From the NCBI GenBank assembly GCA_000004985.1, contig GG738870.1: a stretch of DNA of 64,000 nucleotides. One strand, 5' to 3'. Below are positions 9,641 through 22,302 of the stretch, piece by piece. Each line of letters starts with the position of its first letter. Within the stretch, counting starts at the first letter, position 1. Position numbers and translations under genes: made by a program. This DNA is from Naegleria gruberi. Taxonomy: Eukaryota. Below the pieces are notes generated by a model. The model ran no database searches and had not been told where the DNA came from. It saw nothing but the letters and a program-made list of their open reading frames with translations.

Positions 9641-12600
9641 ATGCCCTATAACACTAGACATCATTCTACTCCACGTGGATCATATTCCAAATTTTTTGAT
9701 GATGCTGAAGAGGAAGAAGAAGAAGAAGAAGAAGCCCAAACTAGAAAGGTAGGTTTTATACAATTACTCTTTGACCATATATCAAACATATCAATAGCCT
9801 CCGACAAGGAGAACAAGTACAAGGTCAAGTCATAGAAATTCATCAAGTGATAGTGAGGAAATAGATGATCTGACATCTAAACGATCAACAAGACAAAATA
9901 AACCAAGACATAACAGAATAGAACAGGAAGAACCTGAGGATGAGTATTCCGAAAGTATTGCTTCTTCAAGACCAAAAAGAACACCAAAAAAAACAACATA
10001 TACTGATTTTTATACGGAAGACTATGATGAAAATTCGGATAAGGAAACTCCAAAATCATCAAGGAAAAAAGCACCAGCAAGAAGAACAACTGGCACTAAA
10101 GTACAAATTAAAAGGGAATTAATTGAAGCACATACTAGTGAAATCCCGAATCCAACAATTGTACAACAGCCATCCGAACAAGTTGAAACATCAGTAATAA
10201 CTTCTGGTGTTATTGATGACGTATTTAAAGATATTATTCCAAATAATCAACCTATCACTACTGAACAAAACAGTATACCAACTATGGAATTTCCAACTAG
10301 TACCGTACCACCAAGTAATATGGAATTTGATACATCACTCAACAGAAGCCAAAGTGCTATTTCAGAGCAAAGTGATGATCATAAAGGCAAAAAAAGAAAA
10401 AAGAATGAGGAGGATGAGGATTTCGTTATGGATGATGATGAACCAGAGGAGGAAGAAGCCATTGAAGTATCTGATGAAGCTTTATCAGATGCTATTTCTT
10501 CCAATGATGAATTAGAAATGAGACCAACAAGAAGTAGAAAAAAGCCAAAATTTATTGTGGATGATGATGAGGAATTGGAAGAAACAGAAACACCAAAAGA
10601 GAATGGAAAGGATATTAAAAAGAGATTAAGGCCAAGAACCCAAGCTCAACTTAATCCTTATAGCCACCCTATTCCAAATATTGACAATATTGAAATTCCA
10701 TCAAAGAGTACTATGATAAAGGAACAACAAGAACTCTTGGCACCTTTAGATTCCTTAACATTCCAATTTTCAGAGTCTGAATCAGAATCTGACAACGATG
10801 AAACAGGTTTGGTCAATCCAGCATTTGGTAAGAAAGGAGAATATGATCACATTAAGCCAATCAATATTGAACAACTTAAAAAGAAACCATCTGCTGATAT
10901 TGATCCAGTTTTTTCCAAACCTGTTGGATTTGACATGGTTGGTGGTCTTCATAAGCACATTAATGCATTGAAAGAAATGGTAGTATTACCCCTTTTATAT
11001 CCAGAAGTATTTAACAAATTTGATATTACTCCTCCAAGAGGTGTCATATTTTATGGTCCACCTGGTACGGTAAGTTTTGAAATCAGATATATTGTAATAT
11101 TAACAACTAATTTTAGGGTAAAACACTTGTTGCTAGAGCTCTTGCTAGCACCTGTGGTACTGGAACAGATGGAAACAAACCTATTGCCTTCTTTATGCGT
11201 AAAGGTGCTGATATCCTCAGTAAATGGGTTGGTGAAGCTGAAAAACAATTAAGACTTTTGTTTGATGAAGCAAAGAGACTTCAACCTTCCATTATTTTCT
11301 TTGATGAAATCGATGGTTTAGCACCAGTAAGATCATCAAAACAAGATTACATTCACAGCTCAATTGTATCAACTCTTCTTGCACTTATGGATGGTTTAGA
11401 TAGTAGAGGTCAAGTCGTGGTAATCGGAGCCACTAATAGAATAGACTCTATTGATCCAGCTCTTAGAAGACCAGGAAGATTTGACAGAGAGTTACTGTTT
11501 ACTCTTCCTTCTAAAAAAGCAAGAAAAGAAATTTTACAAATTCATACTAAGAATTGGGTACCTCAAATACCAGACGATCTGAAAAATTACATTTCTCTAA
11601 AATCTGTTGGATATTGTGGAGCTGACATTAAAGCACTCTGTGCTGAATCTGCTCTTAACGCTCTTAAAAGATCCTACCCACAAGTTTATACCAGTCAATC
11701 AAGATTAGTTCTTGAGCTTGATACAGTAGAAGTTACGAAGGTAGATTTCCTAAGAGCAATGAAATCAATAGTACCAGCATCACATAGAAATGCCGTAATT
11801 CATGCATCTCCTCTTCCAACTCAACTTGCTCCTTGCCTAAGCCAAAAATTAGAAATGGTTTTGAGAATATGTACAGATGCCTTCCCATTATGTATCAAAA
11901 CCCTAGAGGATAAAGTTGATAATGAAGACCTCGTAATAGAAACTGGTCCAATTTTGGATGATTTTGAAGGAGTAGATGAAAAAACATTTGAAAGCAATTC
12001 AAACGATTTCTTTATCAATCCTCCAACATTCAGACCTTGGGTCTTGATTCACGGACAAAAAGGAATGGGTCAAAATCTTATTGCAAGTGCAGTTTTGTAT
12101 AGTTTAGAAGAGTTCCCATTGTTCTCCCTAAGATATGAAAACCTTATTTCGAATACCTCATCTAGGAGCGAAATTGAAGCAATTATTAATATTATTGCCG
12201 ACTCTAGAAAGAATTCACCATCTATCCTTTGGCTTCCTAATCTTGATGAGTGGTTTGAAAAGAGTACAGATTTAATGAAATCTACTTTGATTTCACTCCT
12301 CAATGAGATACCCTCCTCTGTATATGTGTTCGTCCTTGCTACTTGTAACTACTCTTCTGAAGAATTACCACAAGAATTCACTGAATTATTTGCTGATTAT
12401 AGATTTGAAGTTAGCTCACCATCCAAAGACGAAAGAGTTGAAATGTTCAAACCTATTCTTGCTGATATTGTTAGATCTCCACTTAAGAAAACAAAGGTTA
12501 AGAAAGTTTATCCAACTTTACGTTTGGCTCCTCCAAAAGAACAAAAATCCTCAGAAATCGAGCCAAGCAAAGAAAAGAAATTGCAAAAGCAAGAGAAAGT

Positions 12601-13591
12601 CTATCTGAAAGACTTGAGAAGTGCACTTCGTGAAATTATAACTAGAATTATGGCAAATAAGGTATATACAGTATTTTTGAAACCTTCAAATGAGGAGCAA
12701 AGAAAGTTAATTCCTGATTCATCCAATGAGGAAGATGTTAAAATTTATCTAGTTGATATTTTATTTAAATTGGAAGCTAAGAAGTATAATACAGTTAAAG
12801 AATTCGCAAAAGACATTGAAAAGATTGTTAGAAACGCAGAATCCTACATAAAACAACCAGCTAAGTATATTGATAGACTTACAGTGAAGAGTAAGGGTAA
12901 TGCTCTTTATGACTCTGTAAGACAAGCAATCAAATTACAAATTTCAGAAGAATTAGCCAGAAAATGTAAACATATTGCCAAGAGAAGGATGTTACACGCA
13001 CCTCAACATCAAGATTCAGATGAGGGAACAGAAGAGGTAACAGAAGTTGGACCAGGAACAAAGGAAAAAGATCCAATAATTATTGATGAACAAATGACAG
13101 ATGCCCCAGCAGAAGGAGGAGAACCAAATGACAAACAAATGGATATTAGTGATCCAGTAGTATCTACTATTGAAACAACACCAGTTACCACCACTACTAC
13201 TGACTCTAATCCTTCAACTAGTAATAGCATTGAGAATACATGTGTGCTCACAACAACAGCACCACCTGTTGCCGAGTATCACACTCCTGAAGCAGAACAA
13301 CAGACTATTGCTCTACTTCCTCCTATTGCAACATCATCAGTAGCACTTGAAATCCCAATTATTGTTGAGGAAGAAGTAGAACAACCAGAAGTACCAGTTT
13401 GTGTCGACCACGATCGTATGAATAATTGGTTTGACAACCTTATCGCTCTCACTGAAAGTACCTCTCTAGAGGCACTCGACAAGGTCTTCAGTGTAGTATA
13501 CAAGAGCATCTATCGATACAGATTTACAGCTGATAGAAACCCATTAATGGAAGAACTTGAACGTTATGGCCGAACATTTGAAAAAAAATAA
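9641..13591 (+). CDS. ATAD2: ATAD2/Yta7-like AAA+ ATPase with a C-terminal bromodomain-like region; exons 9641..9748, 9798..11069 and 11117..13591
   Basis: Exon 1 is MPYNTRHH...poly-E. GTAGGT donor at 9749, AG acceptor at 9796-9797. Exon 2 is an open frame from 9798 with no stop up to the listed ORF 10284. GTAAGT at 11070 and AG at 11115-11116 split the Walker A motif GPPGT|GKT. Walker B DEID, SRH/arginine finger, a degenerate second AAA module, then LREIITRIMANKVYTVFLKP...YNTVKEFAKDIEKIVRNAESY resembling the ATAD2 bromodomain. Confidence 0.7.
9706..9733 (+). repeat. (GAA)n coding microsatellite (poly-Glu) in ATAD2-like exon 1
   Basis: gaggaagaagaagaagaagaagaagaag read directly from the sequence. 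Confidence 0.8.
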
Positions 13592-13730
13592 AACACCCTT
13601 AACGACCACTTTACCTCTCCCCTATTAATTTTACTGTAAATTTAAAATTTTGAGAGAGAAATAGAGAACATCAACAACAACTTGCTCGGAATAGATTATC
13701 ATCATCATAGATACTTAATCTGCTTGGGAA

Positions 13731-14780
13731 ATGGCTGTAACAGGAAAACCATCAAGCAGCTCTTCACGGAGGACTAATAGTGCACCTAAACCAACATCAA
13801 TATTAAGCAGGAAGGATGTTGAAATTAATAGTAAATACAAAAGAGAACCAACTTTTGTAGATTTGTATCATCAACAAGGTATGTTTCTCCAAGTCCGAAA
13901 ATAAGATCTTATACTTTCTCAAATAGCAAGAGATGCAAAGCTCTACTATCATCAACACGGAAATAGAAATGTTCAGCTGGACTATACGCCCAATAATAGT
14001 TTTGTTGAAAAAAGGGAACCTCACTTTGTGGATTACACAAAAAAGGGACAATATTTCAATAGATTATCGACATTAATTAATGATCAACCATCCTCTTTAG
14101 ATTATACTCCAAATTATTCATATCTTCATGAACGAGTAAAGGGAGGTATAAATATGAGAAAGTCAACAGATAGAGAAACTCATTTTCATAATATTAATGA
14201 AGGGAAGAAACAACAAACAAAAGCAGTAGCATATGTAACACCAAAATCATCCTTAATAGACGATCAACAAAATAAGTTTGTTAAAAGATCTACAAATATT
14301 TATCAAGGAAAAGAATCTCATCCACCTGATTTTTTCAGAACTACCTCAAGAAAAGAAGAAAAGAAGCCAGACACTTCGAACACTAATTATACGCCGTCAT
14401 ATTCTTTAACAACAAGCAGAACAACCCACTATTACGATTTTGAAAAGACAACAGACAGAGAAAAAGCAAAGACATCATGGATACCTTCAAGGTCTCAATT
14501 GGGTAAACATTACGATGTTGCTTATGATGTTGTTGAAATACCTTCCAAAAACTATGTAAATATGAAACGATCAGCTGGTAGAACTGCTCCTAAAAAAGGA
14601 GTAACAGTGGATTTATCTTATACTCCTATTCACAAATTAACAGAGAAGAATTTGGGATGGTCAACTGATTTATTCTTATCTACTGGAAGGGCTGATGATG
14701 TAAAAGCGATAACACAGAGTGCAGATAACTTGGTAAGAAGAGTAAGAGGAGAATTAAGAAAATTTAATAATTCGGAATAA
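13731..14780 (+). CDS. hypothetical basic protein with repeated (D/N)YTP motifs; exons 13731..13878 and 13927..14780
   Basis: ATG at 13731. GTATGT donor at 13879, AG acceptor at 13925-13926, phase 1. Continues into ORF 14028..14780. Motifs DYTPNNSF, DYTPNYSY, NYTPSYSL, SYTPIHKL. Confidence 0.45.
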
Positions 14781-14786
14781 ACTCAT

Positions 14787-17333
14787 TTAATTCTTTCGTT
14801 TATAGAAGTAGAGGTAGCCCATATCGAAAGGTGTGTTTTCACTTTGTAAAACTTTGCTATCATTAAACAAAACCCATCTCTTTTCACCATTTCCAACATC
14901 CTTCTTGAGATGGCAAACATAGTGACCACATGAAGTATTTGAACCCATATGACTAATGAAACCAACAAGTTCATACTTTCCACTTCCATCCAAATACTCT
15001 TCTTCTTTCTTTTCAGCTGGTTTTTCATTAGAAGCTTCATTAAGATAACTGTCCATATCATCCATATGACTGAAGAGCCATTCAGCAGCTCTTTCAATAT
15101 TGTTTTGAGTTTGCTTTAAAGCAACAACAGCATGAGTGGAAGGGAAACCAAGATTAGCTAGTGATTCAATGGCATCAGCAGAAGGAGCATTTCCTGATGA
15201 GCTCTTTTCTTGTTTAGCTTCAGGAAGTGGATTATCAATTTCAGGATCATCACAATGCTCAAATACCCATTCCATAGCCTCATTGACACCCTTATTGTTG
15301 GATTTCCAAGCACCTCTCTTAGCTCTATTTTCTGGAATTCCCATTTCTACCAAAGATTGAACGATTTGCATATCAACAAAAATGGATTCTGTCTTCTTTT
15401 CATCACTTGGAAGTTCTTGTTCATTTGGTTTAAGTCCAGTTCCTCTGAGATGAGTAATATCAATCTCTTCAGCATCAGTAATAAATACATCCAATTTCTT
15501 TGGAACCCATCCATCTAAAATAAACTTTCTTACTTGAACAGCCAAATATTGTGGGAAAGTTGCAAGACTAGTTTGTTTCAAGCCAATAGTATTTCTTCCA
15601 AGGGCAGAGCTATAGAAATGATCAACAGGTTCTGTCTCAGCAAAGGCTTCAATACACTTAGACATTGGAATCATTGGTCTAATTTGTTGTTTCTTTTCAG
15701 TACTTGTACTCAAAGGCTTGCTGTTTATATTCTCAGCCAATTTGAGTTCTTTTTCTATTCTTTCTCTTTCCTTCTCTTGTTTACAGAACTCTTCATATTC
15801 TGCCTTATTGGTTGCTTCAGAAAGTGGAACTGGGAGTGAAATCAAATTATCCTTTCTGTAAGTATATTTAACCTTAGATGTTTCTGAGCATTCAATTCTT
15901 TCTTCCACATTGTAATTGAAAATACTATTTACAGAGTCTGTACAGTTAATTCTCTTGTCTTCTCTTTCGATTAATTGGAGTAAGTGTTGGTAAAATTCTA
16001 CAGCATCTTGTTGTCTCATAGTGCTGAACTCTGGATGGCCCTTTCCAACAACATTCTTGAATGATCTTGGTGGAATACCTTCTTGGAATGAATCGACGTG
16101 CTCTTCTGACTTGGAATAATCTCCAGAAAGTAATCCATTAGCGAGTTTTGCCATTTGAAGAGAGAAAGTATCCAATGAACTAGATCCTGTATAACAAGAC
16201 AATTCCTTATCGTGATATCTTTCTTGAACTTCTGGGAATGAGAAAAGAGTTTGCATGACACTAGCCAAATAGCAAGAATTACCAATGTTCTTCAAACCAG
16301 TAAAACCTGGCCCATACATTGGTTGCAAATGCTTATCAGATTCTTGAATTCTAGTAAAATCAAAGTTCAAATTTTGGTCCAATTCCATTTCAGCCATAGT
16401 TTTAGTTGTTTTCTTCATTTCTCTGATATTAATTCCAAAATATTCCAAATGTTCAACAAGCTTGGAATCCTTAACCATCTTATCTTCAGCATATGAATAT
16501 ACGTCAGCCTTTGGTTCTCCGTTATCATCCAATTGAATAGTTCCCAATTTGACACAAACAGGGAATCCAGTCTTTTGATAATGTTCAACAGCATGATTAT
16601 TACCACCAGTACCATCCCAGAATTTTCTACCACATCCAATATGACCGTCAGAAAGATTCAACCAAAGATTATCTGTGATATCACACTCAGCACACTTCCA
16701 TCCATGAGCTGGGACTTTAATATTTCCAATTTGTTTAAGCTCCATAGTATGTTTAGATTCAGTTAACTCTTCACCTTCCCATTTGAGAACTTCTTGTTTA
16801 CGTTCTGCAGATTGGTTTTCCAAAATACCTTTAATTGAAAGTTTAACTTTCTCAGGTAAATCATTATTTGGTAATGGTATTACAACATTATTTGGTTCTA
16901 ATAATACAAGTGACAACAATTCATCATAAAGTTTTTCGTCATTTTCTTCCTCTTCTTTGATTTGGAATCCTCCTTCAACACCAATAGCCATTTTGGTTGG
17001 TTGATCTTCAGATTTTTCTTCAATAGGCTTTTCCTTCTTGATCTTTTTAATATTCAAGAATACAGTATTACCAGTTAATTGATGATGTCTTCTTGTGTAC
17101 TTTGGAGAGAAAGCCAAGAATGTATTCAAACAAACATTGATTCCTCCTTCCGATTTCTAATGATCAAACCAATAAAAGTTACTTTTATACACAAGTTTAA
17201 AAACAAATATACTTACTGGTGAATCAAAAGAAAGACAACATTCTTCCTTATGAATTGGAGTATGACTAGTTGGAATATTGATCCTGCTAAAATCAAACTT
17301 TAAAGAAGAAACATCAACGTGGGATTGAGACAT
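14787..17333 (-). CDS. USP5: ubiquitin carboxyl-terminal hydrolase 5 (isopeptidase T) homolog; exons 17333..17217 and 17156..14787
   Basis: Exon 1 ends ...HKEECCLSFDSP and exon 2 begins KSEGGINVCLNTFLAFSPKY, closely matching human USP5 ([28 protein letters not shown]). Donor GTAAGT is the revcomp of ACTTAC at 17211-17216. ZnF-UBP, Cys box GLKNIGNSCYLASVMQ, two UBA domains and His box YELVGFISHMG...GHY. Confidence 0.8.
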
Positions 17334-17524
17334 TTTTTTTGTTCTAAATTTAATTTTATGGTTCCTCTCACTTGTAATGATCAGTCTTTGTTATCCAGAT
17401 GTTCAATTGCTATTTGTAAGAAGTTCTTGTTTTTCGGGTTCAACATCACACAAGAAGGCTTTTTTTCATCATCACTTGCATCAAATATAAACATAAATAA
17501 ATTTTAATTAATTTTATTAAAAAA

Positions 17525-19618
17525 ATGAGTACACTTTATCAACAGGTACCAAAATATATTATTCAAGATGAATTGACGAATATTGTTCAGAAGAGAGAGG
17601 AAAAATATATTGGAGGGAAAATTGGGAACGATGTTATTCCAAGACACTTGACAATATGTAATCAATCTAGAGAATGTATTTATTTTTCTGAGCAATCGGA
17701 AACACTTTATTATATTGATGCTCGTCAATCAACTATGAAAAATATTAAACATGCTAAAATACAAAAGGTAATTAATTTGGAATGGGAATTTATTAATAAT
17801 AATTAAATAGATCCTAAAGACTGATTTGATTTTAAGAAATATTAAACAAATTAGTTATAATAGCAGTGGAAATAGATTATTAGTAATTAGTGACTTTGAT
17901 ATTAATGTTATTTCTATTCCAGAATATAAATCTGGTGATTCCGAATCGGTTAACACAACAATAGAATTTTCTCTTTCTTTATTAGAACACTCTAGTCAAA
18001 ATGTAAAAGTTTCTTGGCATCCACTCAGTAATGATCATATTGTTGCTCTTGATAGTGATTCAATTTTAAGAATTATTCAAGTTAGTTCTGGTAAAATTGA
18101 AGAAATACCTCTCTTAGAAAAGACAAAAGATTCTGTTGCATCATTTTCATTTGGATCTAAGAAATTATGGGAACGTTTTACCATTTACCTTACAACAACG
18201 ACACAAGCATTATTTGCTCTATGCCCAATTATTCCAAGTGGATGTGTTGTTTCGGAAAAATTCTTAGCTGATATTGTTAACAGTACCTATAGTTTTGAAA
18301 TGGAATCGGTCAAACATTTTTTTAGTGGAATTATTTCAAATGTATCTGATGATGAAGAGAATAGAGAAGTAACCTTAAAAACATCCACAAAGGAAAATCA
18401 TGCATTCAAAAACAGGATAATTCCAATCCACAATAAGAAAGTATCGAATTTAGATATAGCAGATATGATTACAATTAATCAAAATTCCAATTTACCATCA
18501 TGTCTAGTAACTGTAAACACAAGTGGAGTTATTCATCTTTTTGTAATTACTGACAATATTAGACCTGTATGGAAAAAAAAGTCATTCGATGTAAACGTAT
18601 CACCACAAGTTATTGAAGCTAGTTGTATACAAGAGGTTTTAACAGGAGATAAAATGAATAGCTCACTGCCTCCTTATTTAACTTTACATCCATTATCTAT
18701 TGAGACAGTTTATTGCGTTCATGAAAGAGGTGCTAATGAAATTACTTTCCCATTTATTTCTACTATGTTTACAGAAAAAATTGCTGCTATCCAATTTGAG
18801 AAAACCGTCTCTTGCCCTTTATTTATTTCTACTGAACTGTATGTACAATTTTATCATATTTCAACTTATTATTGTTTAGTGTTGAGCCTCCTAAAGCCTT
18901 TGATATTTTACACGACATTTTATATGGTACCACAATCTTCTATATTGAGAATAAGAACCAACGTGTGTTAATTTCCTCTGCAAATATTCCTGTTATATAT
19001 GACAATGAAGAAAGTTGTACTTCAGTCTATAATTCTGATTTCTCCAATGCACTTGATAATATTGTCAACAATCTTCACAAACCAGTCCAAATTAATAAGG
19101 GTTGGAATAAGCTTGAACTTCCATTTATTCAAATTTCTGAAAATACAGCTGTTGCTGACGAACTCATCAGCTTTACCCTCCAAAAGTTGAAAAAGATGGC
19201 AGAAACTCAGAATAGACATCAACAATCACTCGAAAAGTTGACTGTGATGGATACTCAAATGAGACAAACTCAGAATAATATCGATGACAAATGTAAGAAA
19301 TTATATGACAAACACAAAGAATTGCATGATAGAATCAAAAGAATCTATGAGCTTGTTTTCGTAAGAGAGCTCAATAAGGAAGAAAAACAATTTATCAAGG
19401 ATATTAGAGAAAAAGATAAGATTATCAGTGCTTACAAACAAAAGTTAGAAAACACTAGACAAGTTTTAGAAAATTATAAGGATAAACCAATCAATACCAA
19501 CCAAGAAAGCAATAACTACACTCCTGAAATAATGGAAAAGATTACCACTTATATGGATAAGACATCAAGGATAATTGAGGCTACAAGAGAAGAATTACTT
19601 TCAATAAAGCAAAAATAA
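17525..19618 (+). CDS. Nup88/Nup82-like nucleoporin candidate (beta-propeller plus C-terminal coiled coil); exons 17525..17767, 17811..18838 and 18880..19618
   Basis: Two short introns (GTAATT at 17768 to AG at 17810; GTATGT at 18839 to AG at 18879) join three listed ORFs in frame. The architecture and LFALCPIIPSGCVV (human Nup88 VLCLPCVPNILV) suggest Nup88. Identity is tentative. Confidence 0.4.
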
Positions 19619-19619
19619 G

Positions 19620-21491
19620 TTATTCATTTTTCTTTTGCAGAATTGTGTCACCTAAACGAACTTTTTGTCCTTTGTGAAGATTGAATTCTAAGCGATCTTC
19701 TTCATTGCTTTCAAAAATGAGGATAATGGTTGAACCAAGTTTGAAATAACCTAATTCTTCACCCTTCTCTATCGAAAGACCTCCTTGAACATAATTTCTT
19801 GACAAAACAACAACTTCTTCACCTTGTTCTGGATCCTTGATGTGCTCTTCCTTTGTCTTCTTATCTACAAGTTCAACCTTTTCAGTTTGAGTTGGTTGGG
19901 CTGGTTGAGATGGTTTGGTCTTCTTCTTTCTTGGTCTCTTTACATTGGTTCTCAAAGAATTATCAAAGTTTACAACACATGACCCCACATTCAAAGCACC
20001 AACAATAACATAATGCATGTTACCATAATCCCATTTACCATTAAGAACAACTCTTTCATTTTGTGTGTACAAATTAGGATACTTGTTCAAATAGAGAGGC
20101 ATGACAGGATAAAGTTTACCATAAATATGTTTTCTTGACTCTACAGTCATATCACAAGGGCTGTGGAATCTGTGATAATCACCAGGAGCCAAATATAATA
20201 CACAATAATGTAATTGTTTCTTTTGCTTTGTGTTTTGATTGTTGTTCGATACAGCAGCTTGATCATGTTCCGAATATTCTTCTCCAATAGTAATTTCTTC
20301 ATCTTGTTGTGGTTGATATCCATTACGCTTTGAAAATACAGAAAAGTGATTGTTAAATGTAATGTTTTGTGACTTTTCCTTTTGTAATAATTGTTGCATT
20401 GAATAAGTTACACCTTTAACTTGTGGAAGGTAAATATGTTCATAGGTTTCATCCAATTGGTCAAGTTCAACAGATAATGTACCAAATCTTGCAACTGTAC
20501 CATCGACAGGAGAAACCATTAGTGATCTTTGATATTCACGTTCAATATCATTCAAGTCAGCATTTTCATCGAGATGGATCTTTCTCAGAATCTTTCTCTT
20601 GTGTTGAACACTGAGTGAAGGTCTTGTTGTTGGTTTTAATTTTCTTGAGAAAAAGTCTTGAAGACTGGCATATTCTTCTAACGGCTTTTCAATCTCTTCC
20701 ATATTTACATTATAAAACCAACCATAGGCATTATATACCAATGGTCTAAGTATTTCTGGACGAAGTTCTGTGCTTCCGATATTACCCCAACATCTTGATA
20801 TAAAGTTTGTTGGAATAGCCTTTGATAATAATTGTAAAAAGGTTTGCTTTTCTGGTTGTTGGTGTAATTGTTTTTGTTCCTCCAAGTCTACTAAAAAGTC
20901 ATCATTGATATCGGTCATGTCAAGATAATTAAAGAAGGATCCTAGTATTAGTAGTATGGTGGATGTTGTTGCGGCACCCAACAAGAAATATTTGAAGAAT
21001 TTTTTTATGTAACCTTTTTTCTTCTTCTTTGGAGGTTCTTGGTTGTTCGATGAGTTATTATTACCACCCCTGTTATTGGTGCTGCTACTGGATGATGATT
21101 TTTCATCACCTGTTGTTGTTGTAGTGCTAGTAGTAGAAGTTGTAGAAGATGGATTGATTCCTGTGGAAGTATTGTTATTATTAGAGGTAGACATGACAGG
21201 AATTGAATGATGATATAATCTTTTAGAATTAATAGAAATCATCGGATTATTTAAATTCATAGATGACACTGAATGATTTAGACTTGTTGAAAAACATCTC
21301 CAACTTTGATTTAAATTACTAGTGTTATTATTAATAATAGAATTAGAAGCAGTAAAACCAGATGAAATGATATTACTACCAACAATATTGACAATAGGAT
21401 TACTCGAGGAATTTGATGAATTGATGAAGGAAGCCGAGTGCAAGCTCTTCTTGATAAGTTGAGCCTTCTTTAATGCAAAACACTGCTTCAT
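19620..21491 (-). CDS. PISD: phosphatidylserine decarboxylase proenzyme (type I, N-terminal extension with N/S/T-rich low complexity and a hydrophobic anchor)
   Basis: GDYHRFHSPCDMTV motif, and the self-cleavage site LGSTIILIF (GST) near the C-terminus. Confidence 0.8.
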   Translation of the reverse strand: MKQCFALKKAQLIKKSLHSASFINSSNSSSNPIVNIVGSNIISSGFTASNSIINNNTSNLNQSWRCFSTSLNHSVSSMNLNNPMISINSKRLYHHSIPVMSTSNNNNTSTGINPSSTTSTTSTTTTTGDEKSSSSSSTNNRGGNNNSSNNQEPPKKKKKGYIKKFFKYFLLGAATTSTILLILGSFFNYLDMTDINDDFLVDLEEQKQLHQQPEKQTFLQLLSKAIPTNFISRCWGNIGSTELRPEILRPLVYNAYGWFYNVNMEEIEKPLEEYASLQDFFSRKLKPTTRPSLSVQHKRKILRKIHLDENADLNDIEREYQRSLMVSPVDGTVARFGTLSVELDQLDETYEHIYLPQVKGVTYSMQQLLQKEKSQNITFNNHFSVFSKRNGYQPQQDEEITIGEEYSEHDQAAVSNNNQNTKQKKQLHYCVLYLAPGDYHRFHSPCDMTVESRKHIYGKLYPVMPLYLNKYPNLYTQNERVVLNGKWDYGNMHYVIVGALNVGSCVVNFDNSLRTNVKRPRKKKTKPSQPAQPTQTEKVELVDKKTKEEHIKDPEQGEEVVVLSRNYVQGGLSIEKGEELGYFKLGSTIILIFESNEEDRLEFNLHKGQKVRLGDTILQKKNE

Positions 21492-21591
21492 TTTTTATGT
21501 CAACACTTTTCACAATGCCCACCAACACATTCAATCGATTGGATAACACATTGAAATAAGATTAAAAAAAATAATAAGGATAATAAATTAT

Positions 21592-22254
21592 TTAAAAGAA
21601 ATCATCCAAATCTTTAGATTCTTCAACTTCGTCACCACCATCTCCGAAAAAGTCATCATTATAGTTGCTATGGGCTTTCTTCTTATTATTACTGGAGAAG
21701 AGTGAATCATACGATTTGGCTTCAGCTTCCTTCTTTCTTCTTTCTAATTCTTCCTTTTCCTTCTTTGCTCTTTCTTTTGATTCACGTTTTTGCATTTCTC
21801 TGAAATTCTTGTCTCTTTGCATCTTTTCCTTTTCAAAATCTACTTGTTTTTCAACTTGAGTCTTGTTTAATCTGTTACAGATTTCCTTATTCTTTTGAAT
21901 GACAACGTGACGAACAGCCTTTCTGTCAAAGAATCCAACTTCACCAGTGTCCATGTCACCTGTTTTTTTAAGATTTGAAGCCATTGTATAAACTACTTTG
22001 ACTTGTGGTTCCTTTTTACCTTGAATTGAATTGTATTTTGTAAGTTGAGACAAGTCTTCAATAACTTCCTTCGGAATATCGTTGATTGTCTGTCCTGTAT
22101 GTAAACGTAAATAAACGTGAGCAGAACTGAATCCGTCAACGTGGAACCAGACATCTTCTGGGAATGAATACTTGATGAGATCTTCATTTTCAAACTTGTC
22201 TCTACCCATGTAAACTACATAGGAAGGATCAATACAGGTAAAGTAAAAGACCAT
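21592..22254 (-). CDS. CCDC25: CCDC25 / Jlp2 homolog (NFACT-R_1 / DUF814 domain)
   Basis: [51 protein letters not shown] is near-collinear with human CCDC25 [50 protein letters not shown]/E-rich tail. Confidence 0.8.
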   Translation of the reverse strand: [220 protein letters not shown]

Positions 22255-22302
22255 TTTTTTTTAAATTTCAAAATTTAATTAATTGATGAATTTAAATTTA
22301 GA

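Noticed and set aside
14783-15097. ORF 14783..15097 (minus) and the plus-strand ORFs 15136..15839 and 16251..16766 inside the USP5 locus
   Set aside because: Alternative-frame or antisense ORFs within the well-supported USP5 exon 2.
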